From contig OZ241907.1 of NCBI GenBank assembly GCA_965203515.1, positions 448,001 through 512,000 of the forward strand: DNA of 64,000 bases, in the 5' to 3' direction. Shown piece after piece: positions 30,429 to 39,097 of the stretch. How positions within the stretch are numbered: position 1 is the first letter of the stretch; each line of letters opens with the position of its first letter. The notes under the pieces were generated by a model. The model was not told where the DNA came from and searched no databases. It worked only from the letters and a program-made list of their open reading frames with translations. Both the position numbers and the translations under genes were made by a program. This stretch comes from Spirochaetia bacterium. Lineage in GTDB: Bacteria > Spirochaetota > Spirochaetia > SZUA-6 > Bin103.

Positions 30429-31274
30429 TCACTGCTGAGATTGCGCGGCGGCGCCCCGATACTCGAAGCGCGGCTTGGCGCCGGTCACCTCGATGATCCG
30501 ATAGTTGCGCGGCGACTCCTCCCACGCGGATTGGCATTCGAATCCCCACAGCCGGCGCAGCGTGGGGGAGGCCGCTTCGACGATGTCGCGCGGGATCGAG
30601 CGGGTGTGATCGCAGAACGGCTTCATCCGCGCCCGGCAGTGGAAGTTCAGCACCGCGTAGCGAACCTGATCCGTATGGTTGGGCGCGCCGCCGTGCAGGA
30701 GCCGTCCGTCATAGACCAGACAGGCGCCCGGCTTGCAGATGAACTGCCGTTCTTCCCCGGGCGGCACGGTCCGGGGGTCGATGTCTCTGTTGTGCGACCC
30801 CGGCACGAAGCGGGTGGCGCCGCTCTCGGCGGTGAACTCGGAGAGCGCGAACAGGGACTGCGCGAAGGTGGGCACGACCGCGTGTACGTTGTAGGGCGGG
30901 TTCGGCATGAAGTCGTCCCCGTCGCGGTGCAGGCCCTGCGCCTTCATGCCCGGCAACGGCGATCGAGCCCCCGAGTCGCACAGGACATAGTCATCGCCCA
31001 GCAGGTAAGCCAGGCAGGCCATCACCGGCGGTATCTGCAGCATCTCGCGGAACACCTCGGCCCGCGCCGACAGGTTATGAGTGCGCAGGGTGCCGGGCTC
31101 GTGTTCGGCGGCGCGGTCTTCCCGATAGGTGATCGCCAGCTCCCTGATCGCCTGGTCGATCTGGCGCGCGGTGAGCACGCCTTCGAGGATCGTGTAGCCC
31201 TGCTCATCGAGCTCCTCGAAGCGCTTCAGCATCGCGGGGTGGTTCCGCAGATCGGCGGTCGCTTCCGTCGCCAT
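30429..31274 (-). CDS. PhyH family Fe(II)/2OG dioxygenase
   Basis: QGLHRD, GATRFVPGSH and LLHGG. Confidence 0.9.
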   Translation of the reverse strand: MATEATADLRNHPAMLKRFEELDEQGYTILEGVLTARQIDQAIRELAITYREDRAAEHEPGTLRTHNLSARAEVFREMLQIPPVMACLAYLLGDDYVLCDSGARSPLPGMKAQGLHRDGDDFMPNPPYNVHAVVPTFAQSLFALSEFTAESGATRFVPGSHNRDIDPRTVPPGEERQFICKPGACLVYDGRLLHGGAPNHTDQVRYAVLNFHCRARMKPFCDHTRSIPRDIVEAASPTLRRLWGFECQSAWEESPRNYRIIEVTGAKPRFEYRGAAAQSQQ

Positions 31275-31339
31275 GGCCCGATTGTACCATGCACGGGCGC
31301 CCCTTGCGGAGCGGCGCCGGTCGGGCTACCGTCCAACGC

Positions 31340-31756
31340 ATGGGACAGCTCCGACACCTCGCGTTGCGCTGCAGCGACCTCGACCGCTCGCGAACCTTCT
31401 ATCAGACCGTGTTCGGCTGGGAGTTCCTGGGATACCGCGGCAGTGGGCGCGCGTTGGATCTTACCGACGGCGTGCTCAACGTCACCCTGATCGACCACTC
31501 GCCGATCGACCGCCGCCAGTACGAGGAGGGTGACGAGTTCATCCACTTCGGGGTGGTCGTCGATGACCTGGACGCGGTATGGCGGCGGCTGCACGAGCTG
31601 GGGGTGTCGTTCTCGAAGGAGAGCGTCAAGGAGCGCAACCCGATCGATCCCACCCAGCCGCCGCCGGTCTCCTTCAAGGTGCTCGACCCCGACGGCAACG
31701 TGGTCGACATCACCGCCAACCGCAACGAGTGGGTCGGAGTGAGGCTGGACGGCTGA
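31340..31756 (+). CDS. VOC (glyoxalase/bleomycin-resistance) family protein
   Basis: LRHLAL, IHFGVVVDD and DPDGNVVDI. Confidence 0.9.
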   Translation: MGQLRHLALRCSDLDRSRTFYQTVFGWEFLGYRGSGRALDLTDGVLNVTLIDHSPIDRRQYEEGDEFIHFGVVVDDLDAVWRRLHELGVSFSKESVKERNPIDPTQPPPVSFKVLDPDGNVVDITANRNEWVGVRLDG

Positions 31757-31760
31757 GGGA

Positions 31761-32118
31761 TCACTCGACCGCCGGCGGATCGGACAGCCAGCGCCAGATC
31801 GGCCGCAGGCGCACGCGCCCTCGCATCCCGTACCACTCCACCTCCTGCTCGGCATCGGTGTCGGCGGTGAGAACGAGCAACGAGGCGTTCGTCGTCGAAA
31901 TTGACGTACCCCGGCGACGCGCCTTGATTCAGTAGATGCATCGCCAGAAAAGACTTCCCGCAGCGCCGCGGGCCGATGATCACCTTGATCAGGTCGTCGT
32001 CGCGGACCCGGAACGGAAGCTGCCGCTCGACGTACGGCTCGCTCAGCCTCGACTGCAGTTCCCGCTTCTGTCCCTCGACCGCATCGTGAAGCACCGAGAA
32101 CTCGGTCGGTCTCTGCAT
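31761..32118 (-). pseudogene. Internally deleted AAA_14/DUF4143-type ATP-binding gene
   Basis: N-terminus IIGPRRCGKS...YVNFDDERL is joined out of frame at ~31880 to the family-typical tail LLVLTADTDAEQEVEWYGMRGRVRLRPIWRWL. Confidence 0.75.
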
Positions 32119-32127
32119 CGTTCAGTC

Positions 32128-32163
32128 CATAATACACAAAACTTGCAAGTTTCATGCATTATG
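32128..32163. promoter_or_regulatory. AT-rich palindromic operator-like site
   Basis: CATAAT-N5-AAACTTGCAAGTTT-N5-ATTATG directly upstream of the pseudogene start. Confidence 0.6.
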
Positions 32164-32182
32164 AGTCGTGTCAGGCGGCGTT

Positions 32183-33772
32183 TCAGCGCAGCTCGAAGGC
32201 GAACAGGGTGGCGCAGCGCAGCCGGAACCGGATCGTCAGGGGCTGCGCCCGATCGCGTGCGATCTCGGCGCGGCCGCGCCATCGGACCGTATGGTCGAGC
32301 GAATCGCCCAGTACCGGATCGGCATCGGCGAAGCCGTAGCCGGGCAGGGCCGCGCCGTCGCGGTCGGCAAGCTCCACCAGCACGTGTCCGGCCGCCTGTA
32401 CGCGTGCGTTGAGCCGCAGCGTGGCTCCTTCCGTGATCAGCGGGAGGGTGGCGAATGCGCCCTCGTCGTCCGCGCGAATGCCGCCCAGACGCTCGCGCGG
32501 CCAGATCGCCAGCGCGTTCGTGCGCCGGAAGGAACGGCGGTTGCGCGGATACTTGTGCGGCTGCGGATAGCCGCCGTACGGCAGGGCGACCTGGTCGGCG
32601 CCCAGCGGTATCAGGTCGGTGCCGCCGAACACGCAGCCGGCGTCCCACGGCTCCGGGCCGGCGCGCAGCACGGCGCCGCCCGGCGTCTCGTTCCAGACGA
32701 TGCCGTCGGGGCTGGCGAACAGCAGCAGCTCCGACGTGTCGTCGTGGTGGTGATACAGGGCCGGAAACATCAGATGCTGGTCCGCGGTCCCCGGATAGAC
32801 GGTCTTGGAGTTGGTGTACCAGTCGTCGGAGGGGCGCCGATCGGTCGACGGCCAGATCAGCATCTCCGGGCCGGGCCAATGGCGGAAGTCGTCGGTCTCC
32901 GCCCGGCCGATGCAGCGTCGGCCGTAGAACCAGTTGCAGCGCGCGTACCAGACGTACCGCTGCAGGCGCCGGTCGTAGTAGACGACGTTGGTGGTATCGC
33001 TGTAGTGGATCACCAGCGGTCCCGGCAGCGCCTTCCAGGCGATGCCGTCCGGGGACACCGCTCCCCACATGCCCGACAGATGGCTCAGATCGTTTCCCAG
33101 CGGGTGGAAGGCGTCCGGCCGATCGCGCATGAAACGCTCGGCCAGCGCGCGCCGCTCCTGCGCGTTGCCCGGAATCCCGCCGCGAAAGAACATCTTGAAC
33201 CGCTCCGAGTCCGGGGCCGACGGATCCAGGAAGATCTCGGAGCGTTCCAGGCCGGCCACGCCCGGCGCCGCCGAGAAATCGAACGCGCACGGGGTATCGG
33301 CGCGCCATTCGTGCGCATCGTCGGACTCGGCGTAGCGGATCGGCCGGGTCGCCTCACCTTCGCCGGTCGAGTACCAGGTGCGGTACCGCCCGCCGGCATG
33401 GATGATCCGCGCGCCCGGCGCCGCTCCGTGCGGCAGCGGACCGCTCTTGCGGGCCGGCTCGCGCACCACGCGGATGCCGTGCGGGGTATCGCGCGGCACG
33501 AAGCGAGCCGTGATCGGCGAGTCGGCGCGGTCCGGATCGTTCCAGAGCCGGAGCTTCATCGGCGTCCCGTCCCGCTCGGCCCAATACGGCCCGATCGCCC
33601 CGACCTCCCCCGGCAGCACGTACCGCCAGTCAAGGAACAGGTGCGGGCCGGGCTCGATCCGCAGCTCGGCGCCTGCCATCCACGGCGTCCCGGCGCGGCG
33701 CGCCGCCGCCCTGGCCTTGGTCCCGAGCGTGATCCGGTCGGGCGGGGACGGATCGTCAGGAGCAGGCGGCAC
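32183..33772 (-). CDS. Putative five-bladed beta-propeller glycosidase-like protein (GH32/43 clan-like)
   Basis: YAESDD..W, SPDGIAW, SDTTN, ASPDGIVW and WDAG; C-terminal beta-sandwich ending LFAFE. Confidence 0.6.
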   Translation of the reverse strand: MPPAPDDPSPPDRITLGTKARAAARRAGTPWMAGAELRIEPGPHLFLDWRYVLPGEVGAIGPYWAERDGTPMKLRLWNDPDRADSPITARFVPRDTPHGIRVVREPARKSGPLPHGAAPGARIIHAGGRYRTWYSTGEGEATRPIRYAESDDAHEWRADTPCAFDFSAAPGVAGLERSEIFLDPSAPDSERFKMFFRGGIPGNAQERRALAERFMRDRPDAFHPLGNDLSHLSGMWGAVSPDGIAWKALPGPLVIHYSDTTNVVYYDRRLQRYVWYARCNWFYGRRCIGRAETDDFRHWPGPEMLIWPSTDRRPSDDWYTNSKTVYPGTADQHLMFPALYHHHDDTSELLLFASPDGIVWNETPGGAVLRAGPEPWDAGCVFGGTDLIPLGADQVALPYGGYPQPHKYPRNRRSFRRTNALAIWPRERLGGIRADDEGAFATLPLITEGATLRLNARVQAAGHVLVELADRDGAALPGYGFADADPVLGDSLDHTVRWRGRAEIARDRAQPLTIRFRLRCATLFAFELR

Positions 33773-33838
33773 GGCTCGTATCCTACGCCGTCACGCACCA
33801 TCCGTCGACGCGCCGGGCGCCGGAGCGGCTCGAACGCT

Positions 33839-33867
33839 TTGACATCGCGCGGCGGTGGTGCCAGCAT
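33839..33867 (+). promoter_or_regulatory. Putative promoter of the ABC-namZ operon
   Basis: TTGACA (33839-44), 17 nt, TGn-CAGCAT (33862-67). Confidence 0.55.
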
Positions 33868-33915
33868 CGGGTATCCGGGTCCCTTACCCGAGCTACGAGA
33901 GACGAAGGAGCAACC

Positions 33916-35145
33916 GTGAAGCGAATCCCGTTCATCATCCCGTTGTTGTTGCTGGCCGCCGCCGGCCTGTTCGCCACCGGCGAGGTCGAGGAGCAACGGC
34001 CCGACAAGCTGGTCTATCTCACGCCGCCATGGGGCGCCCCCTCCGATGAGGTCGTGGCTGTCTTCGAAGAGCGTTCCGGCATCGAGCTGGAGGTCGCCAC
34101 CGTGGACATCGACACCTCTCGCGACCGCGTGCTGACCGCCACCGCCGGCAGGACCAATCCCGCCGACGTGATCTTCGTGAGCGCCGATACCTTCGCCGCG
34201 TTCCAGAGCGCGGGGGCGATCCGTGCGCTCGACGATCTGGCGCCGGCGGAGATGCTCGACGGCTTGGCGGGCGTCGACCAGTTCGTGCTGGCCGGCACGC
34301 TGTGGGCGGTGCCGCTCTACCAGCAGATGGTGATGATCGACTACGACACCACCTCGCTCGACGCGATCGGGCTCACCGCCGCGGACATCGCCACCTGGGA
34401 CGACTTCGAAGCGGCGATGCTGGCCATGAAGGAACAGGGGTTGTACGAATATCCCTATGCGGCCGGCATCCGTCCCTGGACCTGGTACCTGATCGCCCTC
34501 TCCTCCGGCTCCGAGCTGTTCGACGATGCCGGCGATCCCGTGTTCGACGATCCATCGGACCCCGGGTATGCCGCGTTCGTGCGCGTGACCGAATGGTTCC
34601 GGCAGGGTCTGATCTCACCGGAGCGGTTGAGCTCTGCCAATCCGCACCCCAGCTTCTGGGCGGGGCAGGCAGCGTTCCACCAGGCGTGGCAGGGGGCCTT
34701 GGGGATCGCCAACGATGCCGAACGCTCTGCGGTCGCCCCGAACGCCGACTATCTGCTGCTGCCGGACCAGCACTTCACGTGGCTGCTGCCGGCGGGCCTC
34801 ACCGTCAGCGCGTTCACCGACTATCCGCAGGCCGCGATGGAGCTGGTCGAGTTCTTCACGGGCAGGGACATGCAGCGCTTCCTGTTCGATGCCAACGGCC
34901 TGTTCCCGGCCAGCACGACGGTATTTCAGGCGTTGGGCGATGCCGATGCCATCGACGGGTTCGAGGCGATGGACGAGCAGGCCAAATACATCGTCACGAT
35001 TCCGTACGACCAGCCGTGGTATATCGAGTTCGAACGGCAGGCGGAACAGCTCATGCTGCGCGCCGCCCGCGGTGAGCAGAGCCCGGAGGAGGCGCTGGTC
35101 GAGCTGGCGGCATTCGCTCGCGAGCTGAAGGCGGAGTACGAATAG
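33916..35145 (+). CDS. Carbohydrate ABC substrate-binding protein
   Basis: Signal peptide LFATGEVEE, FEERSGIEL and LWAVP. AAGGAG RBS. Confidence 0.9.
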   Translation: MKRIPFIIPLLLLAAAGLFATGEVEEQRPDKLVYLTPPWGAPSDEVVAVFEERSGIELEVATVDIDTSRDRVLTATAGRTNPADVIFVSADTFAAFQSAGAIRALDDLAPAEMLDGLAGVDQFVLAGTLWAVPLYQQMVMIDYDTTSLDAIGLTAADIATWDDFEAAMLAMKEQGLYEYPYAAGIRPWTWYLIALSSGSELFDDAGDPVFDDPSDPGYAAFVRVTEWFRQGLISPERLSSANPHPSFWAGQAAFHQAWQGALGIANDAERSAVAPNADYLLLPDQHFTWLLPAGLTVSAFTDYPQAAMELVEFFTGRDMQRFLFDANGLFPASTTVFQALGDADAIDGFEAMDEQAKYIVTIPYDQPWYIEFERQAEQLMLRAARGEQSPEEALVELAAFARELKAEYE

Positions 35146-35155
35146 AGCGTTCAGG

Positions 35156-35188
35156 CACGGCTGCCGGCGCGCCGCGCCGGCAGCCGTG
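35156..35188 (+). repeat. Perfect 15-bp stem-loop just 3' of the binding-protein gene
   Basis: CACGGCTGCCGGCGC-gcc-GCGCCGGCAGCCGTG. Confidence 0.75.
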
Positions 35189-35258
35189 GGCCGGACTTCG
35201 GCCGCTCGGCGCCCGCCTCTCGCGCGCTCTCGACCGGCCGCGTACCCTGGCCGGCGCG

Positions 35259-36098
35259 GTGCTGGCGCCGACGCTGACCCTGGTCTTCGTATTCGGCCAC
35301 CTGCCGGCGCTCTCCTCCCTGCGGCTGGCCTTTACCCGCTACAACGTCAAGCAGCCGGCCCGGCGCGGCTTCGTCGGTCTGGACAACTTCATCCACGTCC
35401 TGACCGACGGCGCCTTTCACGCCGCTCTGGCGCGCGTGGCCTATTTCGTGATCGCCGCAATCGTCCTGGTGCTGGCGATCGGGCTGGTGTTCGCGCTGAC
35501 GCTCAACCGAGATTTCCCGGGGAGGGGGCTGCTGCGGACGATCATCATCATCCCGTGGGCGATCCCGCCGGTGGTTTCCGGGCACGCTTGGCGGTGGATA
35601 TTCAACGGCGAATACGGAGCGTTGAACGGGCTGCTGTGGCAGCTCGGCATCATCGGCGAGTACCGCTTCTGGCTGGCCGAGCCGCTCACCGCGCTGAGCG
35701 CCGCCGTCCTGGTGTTCGTGTGGCGTTTCGTCCCGTTCGTGGCCGTGCTGTTCCTGGGCGCCCTGCAGGCCGTACCGGTCGAGCTCTACGAGAGCGCCGC
35801 CGTCGACGGCGCCGGCCCGCTGCGGCGCTTCCGGCACGTCACGGTGCCGGCCGTCGCCGCCATCGCCGCCATCGCGCTGGTCCTCACCGGCATCACGGCG
35901 TTCAACGTATTCGATGAGATCTACGCGCTCACCGGCGCGCAGGAGATCACGCGCACGCCGATGATCTACAACTACGAAATCACGTTCGTGGGCGGCCGCT
36001 TCGGACGCGGGGCGGCGATGGCGTATCTCACCGGTCTGGCGCTGTTCCTGATGTCCCTGCTCTACATGCGGCTGTCGCTGCGCGAGCGGGACGTGTAG
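35259..36098 (+). CDS. Carbohydrate ABC permease (start uncertain; frame is open further upstream)
   Basis: FVGLDNF, IPWAIPPVV and ELYESAAVDGA. Confidence 0.9.
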   Translation: MLAPTLTLVFVFGHLPALSSLRLAFTRYNVKQPARRGFVGLDNFIHVLTDGAFHAALARVAYFVIAAIVLVLAIGLVFALTLNRDFPGRGLLRTIIIIPWAIPPVVSGHAWRWIFNGEYGALNGLLWQLGIIGEYRFWLAEPLTALSAAVLVFVWRFVPFVAVLFLGALQAVPVELYESAAVDGAGPLRRFRHVTVPAVAAIAAIALVLTGITAFNVFDEIYALTGAQEITRTPMIYNYEITFVGGRFGRGAAMAYLTGLALFLMSLLYMRLSLRERDV

Positions 36099-36104
36099 CG
36101 ATCC

Positions 36105-36998
36105 GTGGCCTGGTCGATCGCCGGCGCCTCGCCGGTCCGCCGCCTGGCGTCGCGCGGGCTGCTCTGGATGCTGGCGGCGCTGATGGCGGCCTGGAGCCTG
36201 GGCCCGCTTGGCTGGATATTCATCTCCTCGATCTCGGTGCGCGCCGAGCTCTACTCGGTGCCGCCGCACTGGATTCCGCGGGAACCGACCTTGGCCCCGT
36301 ATCGCACGGTGCTGATCGAAGGGGAGGGCTTTCGCGGCGCCGCGGGGCAGGCGGCGGCGGAGCTGATCCGCGCGGGCCTGATCAATTCACTCATCATCAG
36401 CACGTCGACGACGCTGCTGGTGATGGCGCTGGCGCCGCTGCTGGGCTACGTATTCGGGCGCCTCGAGTTTCCCGGCCGCCGCGCCCTGTTCTATTTCGTG
36501 TTGGCGCTGATAGCACTGCCCGGCTGGCCGATCATCATCGGACTGTTTCCGATGATGTCGTCGCTGCGGCTCCTGGACACCCGGATCGGTCTGGTCCTGC
36601 TGCTGTTTACGTACCGGATTCCGTTCGAGATGTGGTTCATGACCGGCTACTTCCGGGCGGTGCCGGCGGAGATCGAAGACGCGGCCCGCGTGGACGGCTG
36701 CACGCGCCTGCAGGCGCTGTATCGAGTCACGATCCACCTGGTCAGACCCGGCATCGTCGCGGTCTCCATCATCTCGTTCCTGCATTCCTGGAACTTCTTT
36801 CTGGTGCCGCTGATCATGGCGTACACGCTGCGCTCCAAGCCGCTCACCGTCACGATCACGGAATTCGTCGGGCAGTATTTCGTGCACTGGGATCTGATGT
36901 CGGCGGCCACGATCATCGCCATCGTGCCGCCGGTCGTGATGGTCATCCTGTTCCAGCGGCACATCGTCAGAGGGCTGTCGGCGGGAGCGATTCGGTGA
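36105..36998 (+). CDS. Carbohydrate ABC permease
   Basis: EIEDAARVDGC and FQRHIVRGL. Confidence 0.92.
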   Translation: MAWSIAGASPVRRLASRGLLWMLAALMAAWSLGPLGWIFISSISVRAELYSVPPHWIPREPTLAPYRTVLIEGEGFRGAAGQAAAELIRAGLINSLIISTSTTLLVMALAPLLGYVFGRLEFPGRRALFYFVLALIALPGWPIIIGLFPMMSSLRLLDTRIGLVLLLFTYRIPFEMWFMTGYFRAVPAEIEDAARVDGCTRLQALYRVTIHLVRPGIVAVSIISFLHSWNFFLVPLIMAYTLRSKPLTVTITEFVGQYFVHWDLMSAATIIAIVPPVVMVILFQRHIVRGLSAGAIR

Positions 36999-38254
36999 TG
37001 CCGCAGCATCGGCGCGGCCGCGCACGCAGTGCGGATCCGGCGGACGCGGCGGTCTGGTTCGGCGCCGACGTGCTGCTGCATCGCCCGGAGGGCGCCCCGT
37101 TTCGGGAGCGGTTGCGGGGGCGGCGCGTGGCGCTGCTCGCGCATCCGGCCAGCGTCGACGCCCGCCTGCGCCCGGTGTGGGAGCTGGTCGGCGCGCTCCC
37201 GGACGTGCGGCTCACCGCGTTGCTGTCGCCCCAGCACGGCTTTGCCGGCGAGAAGCAGGACGACATGGTGGAGAGCGCCGACGCCCGCCATCCCGCGCTC
37301 GGGGTACCGATCCTCAGTCTGTACGGCGATACTCGGCGCCTGCGTCCGGAATGGCTCGACCTGTTCGACGTGCTGCTGTTCGACCTCCAGGACGTGGGCG
37401 TTCGCGTCTATACCTTTCTCACCACGCTGGGCTACCTGCTCGAGGACTTGGCCGGCTGCGGCGACCGCGAGCTGTGGGTGCTGGACCGGCCCAACCCGGC
37501 CGGCCGTTGCGTAGAGGGACTGACGCTGCAACCGGGCGAGGAGAGTTTCGTCGGCCTGGCTCCCCTGCCGATGCAGCACGGCCTGACCATGGGCGAGTGC
37601 GCCTGCTGGTACCGCCGGTTCTCGAATCTGTCGGTCCGCCTGGAGGTGGTACCGATGCTCGGCTGGGACCCGCGGGCGCCATGGCCCGCGGAGCGGGTCT
37701 GGTTGCAGCCGAGCCCCAACATGCCGGCGCTGGCGACGGCGCGCGCCTATCCCGGCACGGTGCTGCTGGAAGGCACGACGTTGAGCGAGGGCCGCGGCAC
37801 CACTCGTCCGCTGTCGCTGGCAGGGCATCCGCGGGTCGACTGGTCCGCGGTGAGGCGGCGCCTGCGGGAGCGCTGCCCGGAGCTGCTCGCCGGGCTGGTG
37901 CTGCGCGACGTCACCTTCGAGCCGACCTTCCACAAGCACGCCGGCCGGCCATGTCCCGGCTTCGAACTGGTGACCGCCGATCCGGTCTACGATCCCGGCC
38001 GGTGCCGTCCGTATCGTCTGATCGCCGCCATCCTGAAGATCGTCCGCTCGTTGCACCCGGAGCTGCCGGTATGGCGAACCCCTCCCTATGAGTACGAGTT
38101 CGAGCGGCTCCCGATCGACGTGATCGCCGGCGGTCCGGCCCTGCGCCGCTGGGTCGATGACGCGGACGACGCGTCATGGGATGACTGGGACGCAAGGCTG
38201 CGGGCGGACGAGCGTGCGTGGACAGCCGCGACCGCCGCGTTCAGGCGGTACTGA
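36998..38254 (+). CDS. namZ: Exo-beta-N-acetylmuramidase NamZ (DUF1343) family
   Basis: SPQHG, SLYG, FDLQDVGVRVYTF, LDRPNP, PSPNMP and SEGRGTT. TGATG coupling. Confidence 0.88.
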   Translation: MPQHRRGRARSADPADAAVWFGADVLLHRPEGAPFRERLRGRRVALLAHPASVDARLRPVWELVGALPDVRLTALLSPQHGFAGEKQDDMVESADARHPALGVPILSLYGDTRRLRPEWLDLFDVLLFDLQDVGVRVYTFLTTLGYLLEDLAGCGDRELWVLDRPNPAGRCVEGLTLQPGEESFVGLAPLPMQHGLTMGECACWYRRFSNLSVRLEVVPMLGWDPRAPWPAERVWLQPSPNMPALATARAYPGTVLLEGTTLSEGRGTTRPLSLAGHPRVDWSAVRRRLRERCPELLAGLVLRDVTFEPTFHKHAGRPCPGFELVTADPVYDPGRCRPYRLIAAILKIVRSLHPELPVWRTPPYEYEFERLPIDVIAGGPALRRWVDDADDASWDDWDARLRADERAWTAATAAFRRY

Positions 38255-38262
38255 GGGACCGG

Positions 38263-38982
38263 TTATTCTCTCAGAGCCGCCAAGCCCGTCAGCGTAATCG
38301 GCGGACGATCCGGAAATTCCGCGACCAAGCTCAACTTCCCGCCCATCGCTTCGACGTAGCCGCTGAGTGTGGATATCAGAAGATCGCTGCGTTGTTCGAT
38401 GCGGGATACGTTTTCCTGGTTGATGCCGAGCTTCTCGGCTACTCGCGCCTGCGTCTGATTACGCGCTCTGCGCAGATCACGAAGAGTCAGCTCTTCGGCA
38501 ATCAGCGCGTCAGTCAACTCCTCGATCCTCTTTCGACGATCTTCGGGAAGAGCTTCCATCTCTTCTCTGAGCGTAGTACAGTTCAAAATAACCTCCGTGT
38601 ATAGTGTGTCCTCGACGAACGCTGCTCTACATCGACCTGCCCTCTCCCCATACAGGTATGCGTCGAACCGAACGTCCGCTGCTCTCAGCAGCCGCTCATA
38701 GAAACGCTTCTCCGATTTCGTCTTGTCGCCGACTGCGAGCAGGATGGCCGTACGATTCGGGGCGAAGGCAAAGGCGACCCGCCACACGCCGTCACCGGCG
38801 CTGAAACGAAGCTCTTTCATGTTGCGATGGCTCGATCCGTGCACGGTGTCCACGTGAGGGCGACCTAACGATGGTCCAAACCGCTCAAGTAACCCTGCAT
38901 ATGCAAGGAGCTTGTCGTACACCGGGTCCGGAAGCGCCTTGATCTCTTTACGGAAGGCAGGATGGAAACGGACGGTCCACAC
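38263..38982 (-). CDS. In-frame fusion of a RelE/HigB-like toxin and an XRE-HTH HigA-like antitoxin; internal TTG start at 38586
   Basis: Toxin motifs GPSLGRPHVDT, NMKELR and AILLAVGDK. Antitoxin motifs LRDLRRA..TQARVAEKLGINQENVSRIE and YVEAMGGKL. No stop between them. Confidence 0.88.
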   Translation of the reverse strand: MWTVRFHPAFRKEIKALPDPVYDKLLAYAGLLERFGPSLGRPHVDTVHGSSHRNMKELRFSAGDGVWRVAFAFAPNRTAILLAVGDKTKSEKRFYERLLRAADVRFDAYLYGERAGRCRAAFVEDTLYTEVILNCTTLREEMEALPEDRRKRIEELTDALIAEELTLRDLRRARNQTQARVAEKLGINQENVSRIEQRSDLLISTLSGYVEAMGGKLSLVAEFPDRPPITLTGLAALRE

Positions 38983-39017
38983 GAGTCGAATATGACTCGA
39001 ATGTCATATGCTGTCAA
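38983..39017 (-). promoter_or_regulatory. TA promoter/operator, probably leaderless
   Basis: TTGACA (39017-12), 17 nt, CATATT (38994-89), then 6 nt to GTG. Inverted repeat ATATGAC-N6-GTCATAT (38990-39009). Confidence 0.75.
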
Positions 39018-39097
39018 GTGCATTCATGGGGCAGCTCGGATGTGTGCCGCACAGCACGCTCACGCGTCCCGCAGTCCCGGCCCTGCGTCGCCGGCGT

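Noticed and set aside
35142..35258. Possible ATA start overlapping the binding-protein stop, extending the permease N-terminus
   Set aside because: The frame is open and GGAG lies upstream, but the segment is mostly the hairpin and nothing else supports it.
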